From NCBI GenBank assembly GCA_043228905.1, contig JBHGNT010000009.1:11098001-11162000 (forward strand): a stretch of DNA of 64,000 bases, read 5' to 3'. The notes under the pieces are model-generated. The model made no database searches and was not told where the DNA came from. It saw only the letters and a program-made list of their open reading frames with translations. The DNA comes from Azolla caroliniana. Its lineage: Eukaryota > Plantae > Polypodiophyta. This document shows, one piece after another, positions 14,600 through 29,100 of this stretch (position 1 is the first letter of the stretch; the number at the start of each line of letters is the position of its first letter). Made by a program: the position numbers and the translations under genes.

Positions 14600-16500
14600 T
14601 TATGGTCAGAGGTAGACCCTCTGTCCTTCTAGCGAGCTTCTTTCATCAGCAAGCTCGACTTCACTATCTCTAGGGATAGTTGTTTTCCTTATGGTGCTGA
14701 GATACCCAAGGTCACCACAAGCGTCTCCCAACTATTTGGAAGGGATCCGAGTAACAACAATGCCAACACCTCGTCGGCTAGTGGTACTTCTAGAGAGGTG
14801 GTTTGATTTATGAGTCCTTGGAAGGTGTTCAGGTGCTCAGCCATGGTTGAGCCATGTTGATATCTTAGTCTTACTATCTTCTTGAAGAAGAAAACTTTGT
14901 TTACATCATTCTTGTTATCAAACATGATCCTGATCTTCTTCCAAAGGACATCAACCTCTGTCTCTTCATTGAAGGTGTTGTATAGACTCATGTCTATAAA
15001 ACATCTTATGTATGTTGTTATCTTCAAATGCATGACTTCGCAAGTCAATACATCAATCTTGTCAGGCTTGCTTTTGCCAAACTATACTGGTAACCACAAG
15101 TCTTTGCACACGAGTGTGTCTTTCATCTTCGACTTCTGTACTGAGTGGTTGGAGCCAATCAACTTGGACATTCCTCTAAGAGATTTGTCCATTGCGCTAA
15201 TACCAGTTTGATGCGAATGTGTGGGACCGGTCACAACCGATTAGCAAACGAAATGAGAAAGACAAGAAAAGAAGCAGAAGACAGAAAAGCACAAACACCG
15301 AGACACGAGATTTTAACGTTGTCGTGAAGATTCCGAGCCATAGGTGGAAACAATGTGAAACACACAGGAACACTGGTGTGCACGACGAGTGCACACCCCT
15401 AGTGAATTAAATAGTGTAAGTACTAGGCATAGGTAGAAGGAGGTGTACTAGGTAGTTAAGGCATTAATAGGGATGCAGACATCGCGTAAGTAGGGAGAGT
15501 TACGAGGAGGGTGAATCAGGGGGGAGAATCTAGGAAGGGAAAGCGACAGGTCATGAATGCTTTGTAACGGTTGCTCCTTGTGCTATAAAAGGGGCGACCT
15601 TTGATTGTTTTAGGTGTGTTATCTAGAGGAGGAGAAAAGAGAAAGAGAGGAGCGGAGACGAGGAGTCCTATGACAGATCACCCAAAGGCGCTTCCCCTGC
15701 TCACGTTAGACGCCCGAGTGCTCCCAACTAGGGGATCGACCTTCTGCGTGCCTACGTATCTTTGTATCTAGCTACTGTAGAGCTCTACGCTCTATCACCG
15801 GCACTGATTCGGTTGTAATCTCCCACAACGCTACGTGCATGTTTTGATTAATAGAAACCTATCTACCTAACGCAATTTGTTCTCAGCATCTCTGCCTGCG
15901 CTTGTGTCTACACACGATCCTCTTACACACGATCCTCTCGTTTCGTTAACCTTCTCTGTTTAACCGCGGTCTCAGGGCTTACGTAAACCACAAACTCTTC
16001 CTTCTCACTTCTTGATTCCTTGGTTCAAGACCCTCGTGGTCCTGCCCAACTTCTACGCATCTGCAAGGATTTTCTCGACAACGTGGAAACCCTGACTGGG
16101 AAAAATCACGAGAGCCCACAGACTCCAAATAGAATCCTATGTAGCTGAGTATACAAGAGACTCACAGGCAATAACCTCAAGCTCGTCTTAGTGTTACAGA
16201 CTGATGCACACACTCTCTCTTAGCACACAGTGATTACAAATATGATGATCTCATCACCTTTTTCAATATGTTACCCCTAGGTATATCTATACTGATACAC
16301 ATGCATATGCCAATATAGCCGAAACCGGATGAATCTGATATGGCCGAATCAGCCACAGTCTGGATCGGCTACGGGCCGATCGACATCCGTTCGATTCGGC
16401 TAATGGCCAGTCGGCTACTGGACGACTCTGACCATATTGGCCCTTGGTCCATCAACTGACTATCATTCTGACTTGGACTTCCTATCTGGCTCCCAGTTGA
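14600..16500 (-). mobile_element. Tnt1/Tork-like Copia 5' fragment (LTR from 15209, iMet-type PBS, gag), with a solo LTR inserted in its LTR
   Basis: Gag ORF 14689-15048 (LLLLGSLPNSWE); TGGTATTAG PBS at about 15197-15205; right boundary uncertain. Confidence 0.7.
15320..16080 (+). mobile_element. Solo LTR (TGTCGTGAAG...CTCGACA), perfect 4-bp TSD ACGT
   Basis: ACGT at 15316-15319 and 16081-16084; TATAAAA at about 15584. Confidence 0.9.
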
Positions 16501-17000
16501 CAACCGTCTCCTAGTCGGCTCATGTTACCGTACGAGATGTATACAGAGTTCAATGTGATGAGGGTGAAAGGGTACAATGTTGATGTGTATGTGCAAATGT
16601 GTACAAGTGTAATTGTGAGTGTGAGTAGTTACTTATGTGAACACATGCACACGTGTGTGCATGTGGATAGATAAAAAGAGGTGTGAGTGAGTGATTATTG
16701 TGAATGGCCAAGGGGGTTTACACCCCTATGTATCTACCCTTTTGTAAGTATTTAACCCCCTTATGGGGATTGAGTAAATAAGGAACAAGTTCTCTCTGAA
16801 TCTCTCTATACAAGAGCTATGAGTGAGACAGAAGAAACACTATCCAAGAGGATCGACAGAGATGCAGAGGACAACACATGCAGAAGGAAACAATGAGAGG
16901 GCACCATAACCACAATCATCTCGACGTCACAATCTTAGAGTCTGATCCAAATCCCACTAATCACCAGAATGACGAGGATGATGTGGAAAAAGAAGAACAA

Positions 17001-20000
17001 TGTAGAAAGTAGCGTGCGGAAGCAAGTATGAAGACAGAACAGAAGGAAGAACACTCAGGTTTAATGGAGAGCTTGAGCTTACGCAATATATGCGGGAGAG
17101 ACAGAGAGAGTGAGAGAACACAGGAACTATATTCAACAAACAAACAAAATCTCGATTCACTACTCTATACATATGTGTGTTCCATGAACACTTTTATACA
17201 AGTCCTCGAAGGACTGACAGAAGTACTGACCGTACTTCAATGCTCTTTAAGAGCTCCTACACTAACTCCCAAATATATTCCTCACGGAATATCTTTCCTA
17301 ACGGCCTCCCGGTTTATGCACTTGGCCTAACCGATCGGTCCCAACCGATCCGGTCCTCGGCTTCTTCAGCCGATCCGGCCGATGTTGAGCTTGTCTCTCA
17401 ACACTCCCCCTCAAGCTCAACTCGAGGATCTTCAGGATCCTCGGGCTCACAACTCTGGTTCCTCCTGGCTTCACGCCTCGCTCGCGCTCCTTGACCTGTT
17501 CGACTTCGCGCGCTTCGACCCTTCCGGTTGGCTTGTCTGCTCATGTGGCCCTCATCAGCTCTTCTGCTGTTGCGGTGTTGACGCTTCTTCTGTTGCCTTT
17601 TCTTCCGGTTGGGCCTCGGTTGATTCAGTGTGTCTGAATCAAACATCCGAACCGACTCGGCTACCTCCAATCGGTTTTCGCTCTCGTCCGAGTTGGCAGT
17701 CTCCAACTCGTCTTCGGTCTTCTCGCCCTCGATGGCGTCATCTTCCCCATGCGTGGTTGGCTTCGGCTCTCTCCTTCGGCTGCTCCCCTTCTGCCCGCTT
17801 CCGAACTTTTCCGCGGGTCCGCCCTCGGCTTCTTCAGCCGATCCGACGTCGAACTCGACAACCGAGTCAACAAACTCGGTGTCACGGTCTCCGCTCCTTT
17901 CCTACTGCCTTGCTTGGTCGTTCGAGACTGTTCTCCCCCTCAAGTTCGGCACATCGAGGTGACGCAACCCGAGCGCACCTGAGAATTGCCGCAACTTGTC
18001 TAGACCAAGAGGCTTTGTGAAGATGTCAGCAGTCTGCCGATTCGTCGGCACGTACTGAAGTTCGACTTCACCGGAAAGGACACGCTCGCGGACGAAATGG
18101 TAGTGCACCTCAATGTGCTTGGTCCGTGCGTGGAAAATAGGGTTTTTCGTGAGCTGGATGTTGCTGAGGTTGTCGCAGTAGATCGTCGTCGGATTTGACA
18201 CCTCCTCTTGCAGGTCCTTAAGTAGCCCCTTCAACCATATGGTTTCGCATGTCGCGACAGCCGCTCCTCGTTACTCGGCTTCGGTGCTCGACAGTGCAAC
18301 TGTCGGCTGCTTCTTACTGCTCCACGCGATCGCGGCACTCCCGAGGGAGAATGCGTATCCGGACGTGGATCGGCGATCGGCGGCGTTGCTAGCCCAATCA
18401 GCATCGGTGTAGCCGACTGGCCGCGCGGCTGCACCGGTCCGATATAGCAGTCCGGGGTCCTTAGTGCCGCTTACGTACCGTAGTACGGGTTGCGCACACT
18501 GAAGGTGCTCCTCGGTAGGTCGCGCTATGAACTGACTGATCACCCCGACCGGATAACTGAGGATGGGTCGGGTGATGGTGAAGTATATGAGGCTTCCGAC
18601 AATTTGTCGGAACCTCATCGGGTCACATACCTTTCCCGTGTCAGGACGAAGCTTGACGGTGCTGTCCAGAGGAGTCGAGACGGACTTATAGTCGGCCATC
18701 CCGAATTTGAAGAGCATACTCAACACGTAATGACGTTGGCTGATCAATATGCCTTCCCGGGTATGGATCAGTTCGATCCCGAGGAAGTAATGAAGGTTCC
18801 TCAGATCCTTCATGTCGAACGATGCCGCAAGCTGGAGCTTCACGCGGTCGATTTCACCTAGGTCGGCGCCAGTGATGACCAAGTCATCGACATATAGTAG
18901 AATACTAACCGGTCCGAGTCGACCTTTCCGGATGAACAGGGAAGAGTCCGATTTTCATGTGACGAAGCCCATCCGACGCAGTTGTTGCGTGATCTTCGCG
19001 TTCCAGGCACGCGGGGCTTGCTTCAGTCTGTAAAGGGACTTCTTCAGTCGGCATATTGCCGAGGAGTTCGTTCTGGAGTGAAGTCCGGGGGGCTGTACCA
19101 TGTACACCTGTTCCTCAAGGTCACCTTGCAGGAACGCATTCTTTACATCCATCTGATGTAAGTGCCACCCCTTCACCGCAGCTACTACGAGCAAAACACG
19201 GACGGTCGTCATTTTCACGACCGACGCAAACGTCTCATCGTAGTCGATGCCGTGTTTCTGCACGTAGCCCTTTGCCACTAGCCGAGCCTTGTACCGGTTG
19301 ACCAAGCCATCGGTGTTGTACTTGACCTTGTACACCCACCTACACTCGATCGGTTTTACCCCTTTTGGTGCGTCAACCAGGTCCCAGGTCTCGTTCTCCG
19401 CCAATGCGTGCATCTCTTCCTCCATCGCGGCATGCCAATTCGCTTCTTTAGCCGCTTCTGCGTAGCTCTCTGGCTCACGTACTTCCGCTACATGGGTCAT
19501 GTACACATAATGATGCGCCATGTACTCGTTGTATCCGAACCGCAAGACAAGGTTCTTCTGGTGCGTAGATCGGCGTAATCTCACATTAGCCGATGTCGAG
19601 GCCTTCCCGGTCGACACGGACTTTACATTTAAAGACCTGTCACCGGTTCCACCGGAGTCGGACTCACGTCAGTCTGACTCATTCCTATCCGTGCCGGAAT
19701 CCGACACCTTCTTCTCTCCTTTCTCTTTGCGCGTAAGCCGTCTCCTCGGCTTCCTTCGCGGGGAATGCACTGCCGAGTCTCCACTACTCGTCGGCTCTTC
19801 ATCGGACTGGTCGTACCAACTCAGTCGTCCAATCGGTCCACTTAACCGGAGTGAAATCGGACTCCCTTTGCGGGTCTCGATTTCGGGCTCATACGGAGGC
19901 ATCTCGGCCTCGCTGACCTCATCGTCAGAGCTCGGATTGGAGTCGGGGTTCGTAGTCAGGAGCAGGTACCAGGACGCGGACTCGTTAAACACAACGTCGC

Positions 20001-22659
20001 GGCTGACACGCGCTTGTTTGGTGCGAGGGTTATAGCACTTATAACCCTTCTGCTCGTCCGAGTAACCAACCAAGATGCATTTCTCGGCCTTTGCATCCAG
20101 CTTCCTCCTTTTCTCCTTTGGTATATGCACATACGCAATGCTACCGAACACCCTCAAGTGTCGCAAGTTCGGCTTCGTTCCAAAATATAGCTCGTGCGCC
20201 GACACTTTGTCTCCGATCCGGTTCTGGATGTATACCGCGGTCCTTACCGCCTCGGCCCAGTAGAACTTGGGCAAGCTCTTCTCCTCCAGCATTGCCCGTG
20301 CCGTTTCCACAACTGACCGATTCTTTCTCTCGGCCACGCCGTTCTGCTCCGGCGTGTATCTACAACTGAATTCGCGCCGAATTCCCATTTGTTGTAGGTA
20401 ACCGTTGAATTGACCGGAAAAGTACTCTTTCCTGCCATCCGACCGCCGACACTTGATCCTTCGTCCCGTTTCGGTTTCCACGAACCCTTTGAGGTCCCGG
20501 AAACAGTCGAAGACTTCGCTCTTCCTCTCAATGAGGTAGATCCACGTGTGCCGCGTGTGGTCGTCGATGAAGGAGACGAAATATCGGCTCCCCCCAAGAC
20601 TAACATTTTGTGCCGGCCCCCATACATCAGAGTGTATAAGGTCGAGCTTGTTCCGGCTTCAGTTTCGCTCGTTGGGGAAAGGAAGTTAGTGTTGCTTCCC
20701 GAGCTGGCAAGCTTCACAAATTTGTGCCTTTCGGCCACTAAATTTGGGCAATCCGAACACTACCTGTTTCGATTGCAGATTTTGAAGCCGCTGGTGGTTG
20801 ACGTGGCCTATCCGCTTATGCCACAAGTCGATGTCCGACTCGGATTTTTGTCCCTTCGCGAACATTGCGGTGCCGCCGGCAGTGGAGTTGAGGATGAACA
20901 TCCTCCCGTCTCTGCGCCCTTGCGCAATCACACGACCTTCTTCCTCAATGAAGCACCCGAGGTGTGTAAACCGAACCTCCATCCCTTGGTCGACGATCTG
21001 TCCGAATGAGACCAAGTTCTTCGTGATTGTCGGAACGTACAACACGTTCATGAGTTTCCCTTTCTGACTGACATGGCTAAGGGGAACTTCTCCGACTACT
21101 CCAGGTTGTATTGGTTTTTCAAGGTACGAGAACCACTCCTTATGGCTCGTCATGTGGTTTGACGCGCCGGAGTTTACGTACCACACCTCATCCGATCTTG
21201 GGGTGGTCTGTTTCATTGACTTTGCTTCGTGTCTCGTCACGAAGGCAGACCCTTCTCCGGCTCTCCCGGAGTCTTCAGCGTAGTGCGATCGCTGCCGATT
21301 TCCCTTGTCGGTATGTCCGGAGTCGTTTCCGGAACCGGTTCTTTCCGAATCGGCGCGCTTCTTCCAGCACTCACTTTCCCTGTGGCCTTTCTTGCCACAG
21401 TACCAGCACTCCGCGATGGACTTCCCTTGCCGGTTCTCATCGCTTCGTCTCCCCCTATTTCCGGAGGGTCCGGAGTTGCTGTCGGCATCACTTCGGTGGC
21501 TTCTTCCTTGATCTCGTCGGCCGCCTCCATTGTGCGCCGACTCGCCTCGTCCTCCACGTCCACGGGGCTTATCTCCCTCCGTGTACAGCATTCTGCTGTT
21601 GGCGTGCGTGCTTGTAGACGCACTTGCGTGGTTCTCCTCTACCAGGAGCATTGACTGTAAGTCGAAAAAGGACGGCGTATTCTCTCGGGTACACACTGCC
21701 GTTCAGAACGCTCCGAACTTCGACGCCAAACCTCCGAGACAGATCTGGACCATCTCGCTCTCCTCTATGTTCACCTCTATGGAGGCGAGGGAGTCGCAGA
21801 TATCCTTGATCTTCGAGGTATAGTCCGCCACCGACAAGTCGCATTGTCGTAGGTTGCTCAACTCCTGTCGGAGCTGAAGCTTCCTTGCTGTGGTGCTTGC
21901 GGCGAAAATCTTCTTCAGATTTTCCCACGCACCCTTCGGCGTCTTTGCATCCCGAACATAGCTCAATAGCTGTTCTCCCACACACGACGCGAAGCAATAT
22001 AATACCCTGCTCGCCGATTGCTCCCACGACGGGAAGTCTCTGTGTGTCGATTCGGGTGCCGCGTCATTAGCTCCTTCGACATAACTCTAGTAGCCGTGCC
22101 CGAGGAGGTACTGGTGCATCTTGTAGGACCAAGACGCGTAGTTGGTTCTGTCGAGCTTCTCTGTTGGAAGCGAGCTCGCCATGCCTCTATCCATCGTTCT
22201 TCTTGTTCTTCTTCGTCAAGCTGTGTCGGCTGCAGAGAGGTTCTCAACCCTCGCGCTCTGATACCATGTAGAAACTAGCGTGCGGAAGCAAGTATGAAGA
22301 CAGAACAGAAGGAAGAACACTCAGGTTTAATGGAGAGCTTGAGCTTACGCGGTATATGCGGGAGAGACAGAGAGAGTGAGAGAACACAAGAACTATATTC
22401 AACAAACAAACAAAATCTCGATTCACTACTCTATACATATGTGTGTTCCATGAACACTTTTATACAAGTCCTCGAAGGACTAACAGAAGTACTGACCGTA
22501 CTTCAATGCTCTTTAAGAGCTTCTACACTAACTCCCAAATATATTCCTCACGGAATATCTTTCCTAACGGTCTCCCGGTTTACGCACTCGGCCTAACCGA
22601 TTGGTCCCAACCTCGGCTTCTTCAGCCGATTCGGCCGATGTTGAGCTTGTCTCTCAACA
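17001..22659 (-). mobile_element. Full-length Ty1/Copia LTR retrotransposon; LTRs 17001-17403 and 22267-22659, TSD AACAA
   Basis: TG..CA LTRs about 97% identical; iMet PBS at 22255-22266; PPT at 17404-17415; gag-PR-IN-RT-RH order. Confidence 0.95.
17398..22194 (-). pseudogene. Copia gag-pol polyprotein disrupted by stops and frameshifts
   Basis: CWYCGKKGH zinc knuckle, YVNSGAS protease, integrase (TPEQNGVAER), RT (QMDVKNAFL), RNase H ([11 protein letters not shown]). Confidence 0.9.
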
Positions 22660-23089
22660 AACAAGAACAACAAAGGAAGAAAACGAAAGGGGGAGAAGAA
22701 CGCAAGAACGAGAGAAGAGAGAAACAAAGACATAGAGCAAGAAGAGAAAGACAGAAAAACATAGATAGACAGATAAGCAAGCGGGAGAGATAGAAACAAA
22801 AGCAAATGTAGGAAAGTGGAAATAGGAACCTCCCGAGGAGGAAGGAGACATGCTTCTTGGTGCAGCCGAAATGAAGAAACAGAAAAGGAAAGAGAAAGAG
22901 AAAGAAAAGGGCAGGAGAGAAAATTTTATAACCATGAGGACGTAATGGGAAAATTTTCATAAATATAAGGGTACATACTAAAATTTAAAACAAACTCAAG
23001 GGCATCCCCGAATTTTGAAAATGCGAAACTTATGGGGAATGAATGAATAAGGAACAAGTTCTCTCTTAATCTCTCTCTCTCTCTCTGCC

Positions 23090-24405
23090 AACGGTAACAC
23101 TGCTACCAATGGCTCTTTCTGCCGCCTACCGTCGCTACTACCACTGTTGCCGTTTGTCGTGAGTTGTCGTCTTCATCTGTCATCGTAGCCGTCGCCGTCG
23201 CCGTCGCCATCTGTTGTCTTCGTCACCACCGTCTAACGTCGATGTCGTCGTTTGTCGCCGTCATCATTTGGTTAGTAGTCGTTGCCGCTGTTGTTGTTGT
23301 CGACCGTCGTTGTCACCTACTCTTCTAACGACGTCGTCAATTGATAAACAAAAGAGTACACTTGTACCTAGCGCGTAAGGCACCGATGCTCGGCTAAGTT
23401 TTCTGTCATTTTTGTCTTTTCTTTGTTTTATCTTTTGAATTACAACCTAACTTCTAGACAAAACCATAAGGAAACACACGAAGAAATTGTAAGGAAGAAT
23501 TTTTAGATGTCCTTAACCGTTTAGTTAAAATAGAAAAATGGGCAAAAGAGATTGAAGTTGAAAAACAAAAAGATAAGCAAGAAAAAGAAGTGCTTATTGC
23601 TGAAATAACGAAACTTAAAGTAGACAACACGAACCTTCAGAAACAAGTTAAGGACCTTAAGACATTTAGGGAAGATGGTGAAATATCTTCCCTAGAGGAT
23701 ATTATGGACGAGATAAAAAAGGTTAAGGAAGAGGTTAAAAGCGATATGGAATGAGCAAAAACTGGGTTGGTTGATGTAGTAAAACGTAATATTAAAAAGG
23801 AACTAAAGGATGAAAATATTATAAACACTACCCTTGAGGAGGAAGAAATGCATCAAGCTTGACGCCTAAATGTATGGGTTACTGGGCTCAAGGAAGGGGC
23901 ATCTCCCGACGAAGATGCACAAACATTAGGGAAAATGTTGGGGTACGAAGCCCTACCAATCACTAAAACTTGGAGGGTAGGACGTGACGCCATTAGGAAA
24001 AGAGCTCTGGTCCTTCAGTTTAAGGACTTAGAATCTAGAGTCGCATTTTTAAAAAAGAGACCAATTCCTTGAGGATTGGGCAGGGACCCTATCTACCTCG
24101 ATGAAGACCTGACCAAAATGCAAATTGAGCATCGTAAAACTTGTAGGTTGCGAGCCATACAAGCTCGTAAAGAGGGGCATCGTGCTTTTTGCCGAGACAG
24201 ACGTGTGATAATAAATAATCCCGCCGCCAATTGACGGCGTGTGGCCCATGCAACAAACAATAAACTTAGGATGACTTTATGGAACTATAAGGGTGCACTT
24301 TGTACACACCCTGGCCATCTAGAGGAGATTTTGAAGGTATCTGACATACTTTTTTTAGTAGAAACACATCAAAGTCCAAATCGAGGATTGCCATGAGTTG
24401 ACGGT
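23090..24405 (+). pseudogene. 5' part of a LINE (repeat-rich 5' UTR, coiled-coil ORF1, start of ORF2 APE endonuclease)
   Basis: ORF1 relic about 23460-24235 with IYLDEDLT motif; ORF2 from ATG 24248 reads MQQTINLRMTLWNYKG...DILFLVETH. Confidence 0.7.
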
Positions 24406-25818
24406 TGTTACTCCTAAGGGCTGGACAATAGCCTAACACAGGGTGTCTACAGAAGACACTTCACCAAAGGGTGTTACGGCGAGGTAACTTAGACTAACAA
24501 TTGATCAGACCTTTATCGGCTACTTAAGCAACATATCATGAATCTTAATACACGCTGTCGTGAAGAAAACCGTTCCCAGGCACATGTATCATGAATCTTA
24601 ATACACGCTATCGTGAAGCAACATATCATGTATAGCGTGTGTGAACCGGCCCTTACACGTGGGCACGCCCCTTGTTGTATAGTAGATAGGTAGGCACAGA
24701 AGTCGAATCCTAGGTAGCAATATTCTATAGGGAGAATCAAGGAGTATCTCTGTCCGAAAGGACAGAGAATTAATGTGATGTAAACGGGTGAAACGGCCTC
24801 CCTCCTTGAGCTATAAAAGAGAGGGAGACGGGGGGAGAAGGTATCGCGTGCTAGAGGGGACGAAGTGCTGTCGGACTGGGACCGAGCTCTTCTTCTCTGT
24901 CGTTCTCCATAGCTTTCTTTTGCACAGGTTCTTAGGAGGCTGATTCTGCTCCGTGGAACGCCCGTGTGCTTCCGGCAGAATCTCCATCTTTCTCCCCTGT
25001 GTGCGTGGGTGATCAAGCGTCGGCATCCATCTCGCCGACCTGATCGGCTGTAACCGTTCGAGTCGTCCGCATACATACAAATACATACATATTTTTTATA
25101 TGCATACGCTAGTGTTCTCAACTCGTGTCTCCTGTGTTGATTGGGCCGCGTCCCCGTGTGCTTCTTTGTCTATACGTGTGTGAGCGTCTCTCTCTTTCTC
25201 CCTCCTTTCTCACCTATTCCTCGGTCCAAGACCCCAGTGGTCCCGCCTTGTTCTCCACGCACGCGCGTAGCAACGCAACATCATTTGGTGAACCCGACGT
25301 GAACAAGCGGCAGAGGAGTAGAAGATGAGGGGGTCAGACCTCGCAGAAGCCATGGCTTCGGTTATGGACCATATAGTGAGTGCGAGCGAAGGCACCGGCG
25401 CCCTTGATAGGGCTATCGAGGCGGTTGTCGGTACGATCGGCCGGTTTAGTAAGAAGGATACCACGAGCTACTTGGCGTCCTACCGGGCTGAGATGGTAAT
25501 GAGGGACATTCCGGAAGAGAGGCGCCTAGCCGGATTCCCTCGAGTGGCGATGTCGGGCATCCATACAGAGGTGCTCGAGGTACGGGCCGAGACTCGGACC
25601 TGGGAGGAGTTCGAAGGTCGGCTCCTCAAAAAATATGGGCTTGAAGATGCACTTCGACTTTCGAAGCGGGACTTCATGGAGTGGGTGTCAGGAACTCTAT
25701 TAAGGCAGAGAAGGAATTAGTACTAAAAGAAGGATTAGTACTATTGTTGGGGAATAGTACTAAGACAGAGAAGGATTAGTACTATGAGAGGTGTCGAACT
25801 TTGAGAGAAGGAATGAGT

Positions 25819-25862
<44 letters not shown>

Positions 25863-26144
25863 TGATGCGAAAGATATATGTATTATATGACGGAAGATAT
25901 ACAACAGTAGTTAGAAGGCTTAAGACTGGCGTTGAACCGATTTGGTTCGAACTAATGCCTTGCGCCTCCTTTTATAGTGTCTTCAGGAATACTCCTGAAG
26001 TTTCTAGAATGTTCCAGAGAAATCTGGAATATGCATCAATTTCCCAATAAAACCTAAATGAAAATAATATCCTTCAAATTACAATTCATAACCTAATGGT
26101 AAAGTCTCGACCCGTGTAACAAAAGGTTATGGGTTCGAGTCTAG

Positions 26145-29100
26145 TTATGACACTATCCCCCCTTTAAAACGACGAGTTTCACGAGTCGTTTTGGATTGAG
26201 GACCCGGTTTCTCGGGATATCGTCGATGGAAGTCTTCTAGAAGAGCACGAGCATTGGTCACATTCTCGATCGGTTCCCAAGTACGCTCGCTGGGACTATA
26301 TCCTAGCCAATCGACTAGATAGTAGAGCTTGTTGCGAACAATCTTGGAATCGAGGATGGCAGCGACCTCATACTCAGGTCCATCTTCGAGCTCGATAGGA
26401 GGTGGAGGTTGTATAGTACGTCCTGGGATAGTGCTCTCGTGATAGGGTTCGAGGAGAGAACTATGAAACACCGGGTGTATCCGAAGTTGCGGAGGTAGCT
26501 CGAGACGAAAAGCGACATCATTAATCTTCCCGATAATACGGAAAGGACCTAATCGCCGATAATCCAACTTCTCACATGGGCGAGTAGTCTTGATGTGTCG
26601 TCGTAGCAGCCACACCCGATCTCCAATGTTAAAACTGGATGGAAGTCGATGACGATCTGCGTAGTCTTTGTGTGATTGTTGAGCTTGCTGGAGTTGAGTA
26701 GATAAATCCGCTTGTATCTTGCGTAACCGCTCCAAACGATCCTCCGCGCAAGGATTTGTGGACACTTCTGGGGTTTCAAGGACACACCACCGGGGATGAT
26801 ATCCCGTATAAGCGTAGAATGGCGTGACTTTAGTCGATGCGTGGATAGCGTTATTATAGGCAAATTCGGCGAACTGAAGAATATCTGCCCAGTCATTCTG
26901 ATGATAGTTGAGAAAGCACCGCAGATACTGCTCCAGTGTTTGATTTGTTCGTTCGGCTTGACCGTCGGTTTGTGGGTGGTAGCCGGAGGAGAGGTTACAA
27001 GTGACCTTTAGCATTTTAAAAAGGTGCTTCCAGAATTTTGACACAAACTGGGGTCCACGATCGCTGATGATATTATCAGGGAGTCCATGATGCCGACATA
27101 CTTCCCGCATGACAATTTCGGCGGTGTCTTCACTAGATATTTCTTTAGTACATGGTAAGAAATGAGCCATCTTCGTATATCGATCCACCACTGTGAGAAT
27201 CGCACTGAATCCCTTAGAGACTGGAAGATCTGTAATGAAGTCAAGAGCAATGGATTGCCATGGCTTGCTTGGAATTGGTAATGGTTCTAATAAACCATAT
27301 GGATGATGTCTTGGCATTTTCGCTCTGCAGCATGTATCGCAAGTCCGAACAAAATCTTCGACAAATTGTCGCATACGGGGCCACCAGAATGATCGTTGTA
27401 CTAAATCTAATGTTTTAGTACTACCAAAATGTCCTGCTGTATATGTGTCATGGCAGTTTTGTACTACTCGAAGGCGGCAAGAACCATTAGGAACATACAA
27501 AAGTTCTTTAAAGAAGAGTAATCCATCACAGTATTTGAATTGCCGATAATCCGTACCTGGTGATTGTGATTGTGAACATGACGCTCGAGAGGGGTCAATT
27601 TGTGCTAGTATAGCTTGGGCGAAAGCGTCAGTCTTCAAGTCCTCACGTATAGTATTGGTAATGTCGGAATCCACGGGCATGTCAAAGACCTGTGCTGCTT
27701 GCAGTCGTGCTGGACCCAAGATTACTTGCTTCTGGTTATCGAAAGCTGGCTCACCGGGACGTGGTGTTAGATACGAACGCCGTGATAATGCATCTGCCTT
27801 CCCTTGGTGCTTCCCCGGACGATATGTAATTTTGAAGTCGAAGCGTGTGAGGAAGTGGGCCCACCGAGCTTGACGTCGATTCAGTACACGAGCATCTTGA
27901 AAGTAGGCAAGGTTCTTGTGGTCACTGAATACAGTGACCTGATGAGGAGATCCCTCCAGGAAATGCCTCCATTGCATAAAAGAATCAACTATTGCTAATA
28001 GCTCTTTATCATGAATTTCGTAGTTGATTTCGGCGGCGTCAAACTTACGGGAGTGGAAAGCCACAGGATGTAGCTTCTCGTCGTTACCCTGTTGTGACAG
28101 AATGCTCCCCAATGCGAAATCCGATGCGTCAGCTTCGATAATGAATGGTTTTTCTGGATCCACATGACCTAAAATTGGAGCTGATGTAAACGCCTTCTTA
28201 AGACTCTCGAAAGCCATGTCCGTCTCTTTAGACCAAATGAATGATTGTCCCTTCCTGGTGAGCTGTGTGAGAGGCAGCACAATTTTTGAGTAATTTTGTA
28301 TGAACTTCCGGTAGAAATTTGCAAAGCCTAGGAAGCATTGCACATCCCGCACCGAACGCGGAGTGTGCCATTCTATCATCGTTTTGACCTTGGCTGGGTC
28401 CATAGATATGCCTTCTGAGGAGATGACATAGCCGAGAAACTCCACTTGGTTGCACCCGAAACTACATTTCTCTAACTTTGCATACAGACCATGTTCTCGA
28501 AGTCGTTTTAGTACTAATAGTACATGAGAATCATGTTCTTCTTGGGTCTTTGAATAAACCAGTAGATCATCCAAATAGATGATCAAAAAATCATCCAAGA
28601 GATCTCGAAATATATCATTCGCCATGTGCTGGAAGACTGCCGGCGCATTAGTGAGTCCGAACGGCATGACCGTATACTCGAAGTGCCCATATCTGGTGCG
28701 AAACGCGGTCTTCCATTCATCTCCTGGTCGGATCCGTACGAGGTTATAGGCTCCTCGTAAGTCGATCTTCGTGAAGAACTTGGCACCGTTGATCCGTTCT
28801 AAAAGACTTGAGATAAGGGGAAGAGCATACCTATTTCTTACTGTGACCTTATTCAAGCCACGGTAATCTACAACGAGTCGAAGCGAGCCATCTTTTTTCT
28901 TGACGAAGAAAATGGGTGCGCCGGCTGGAGATTTCGAATGCCGAATGAAACCGTTCTCCAAATTCTCCTCTATATAGGCTCGAAGGACTTCTAGCTCGGT
29001 TGGTGACAAATTGTAGATCGGCCCCCATGGCGGCTCTTTTCCCGGTTGTAAGTCGATGGCGCAGTCGTACGGCCGATGATGAGGAAGTGTGTTGGCTTGT

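Larger units (their letters stand above)
16540..23085 (+). mobile_element. Deleted copy of a low-complexity non-autonomous LTR family (related to 48820-50915); host of the Copia at 17001-22659
   Basis: 16706-16810 and 23030-23085 match 48830-48940; 22950-23025 matches 50630-50705; boundaries approximate. Confidence 0.55.

Noticed and set aside
24406-24555. Start of a further LTR (TGTTAC...) interrupting the LINE endonuclease
   Set aside because: Only 150 bp with no second copy or other end in the window; cannot be classified.
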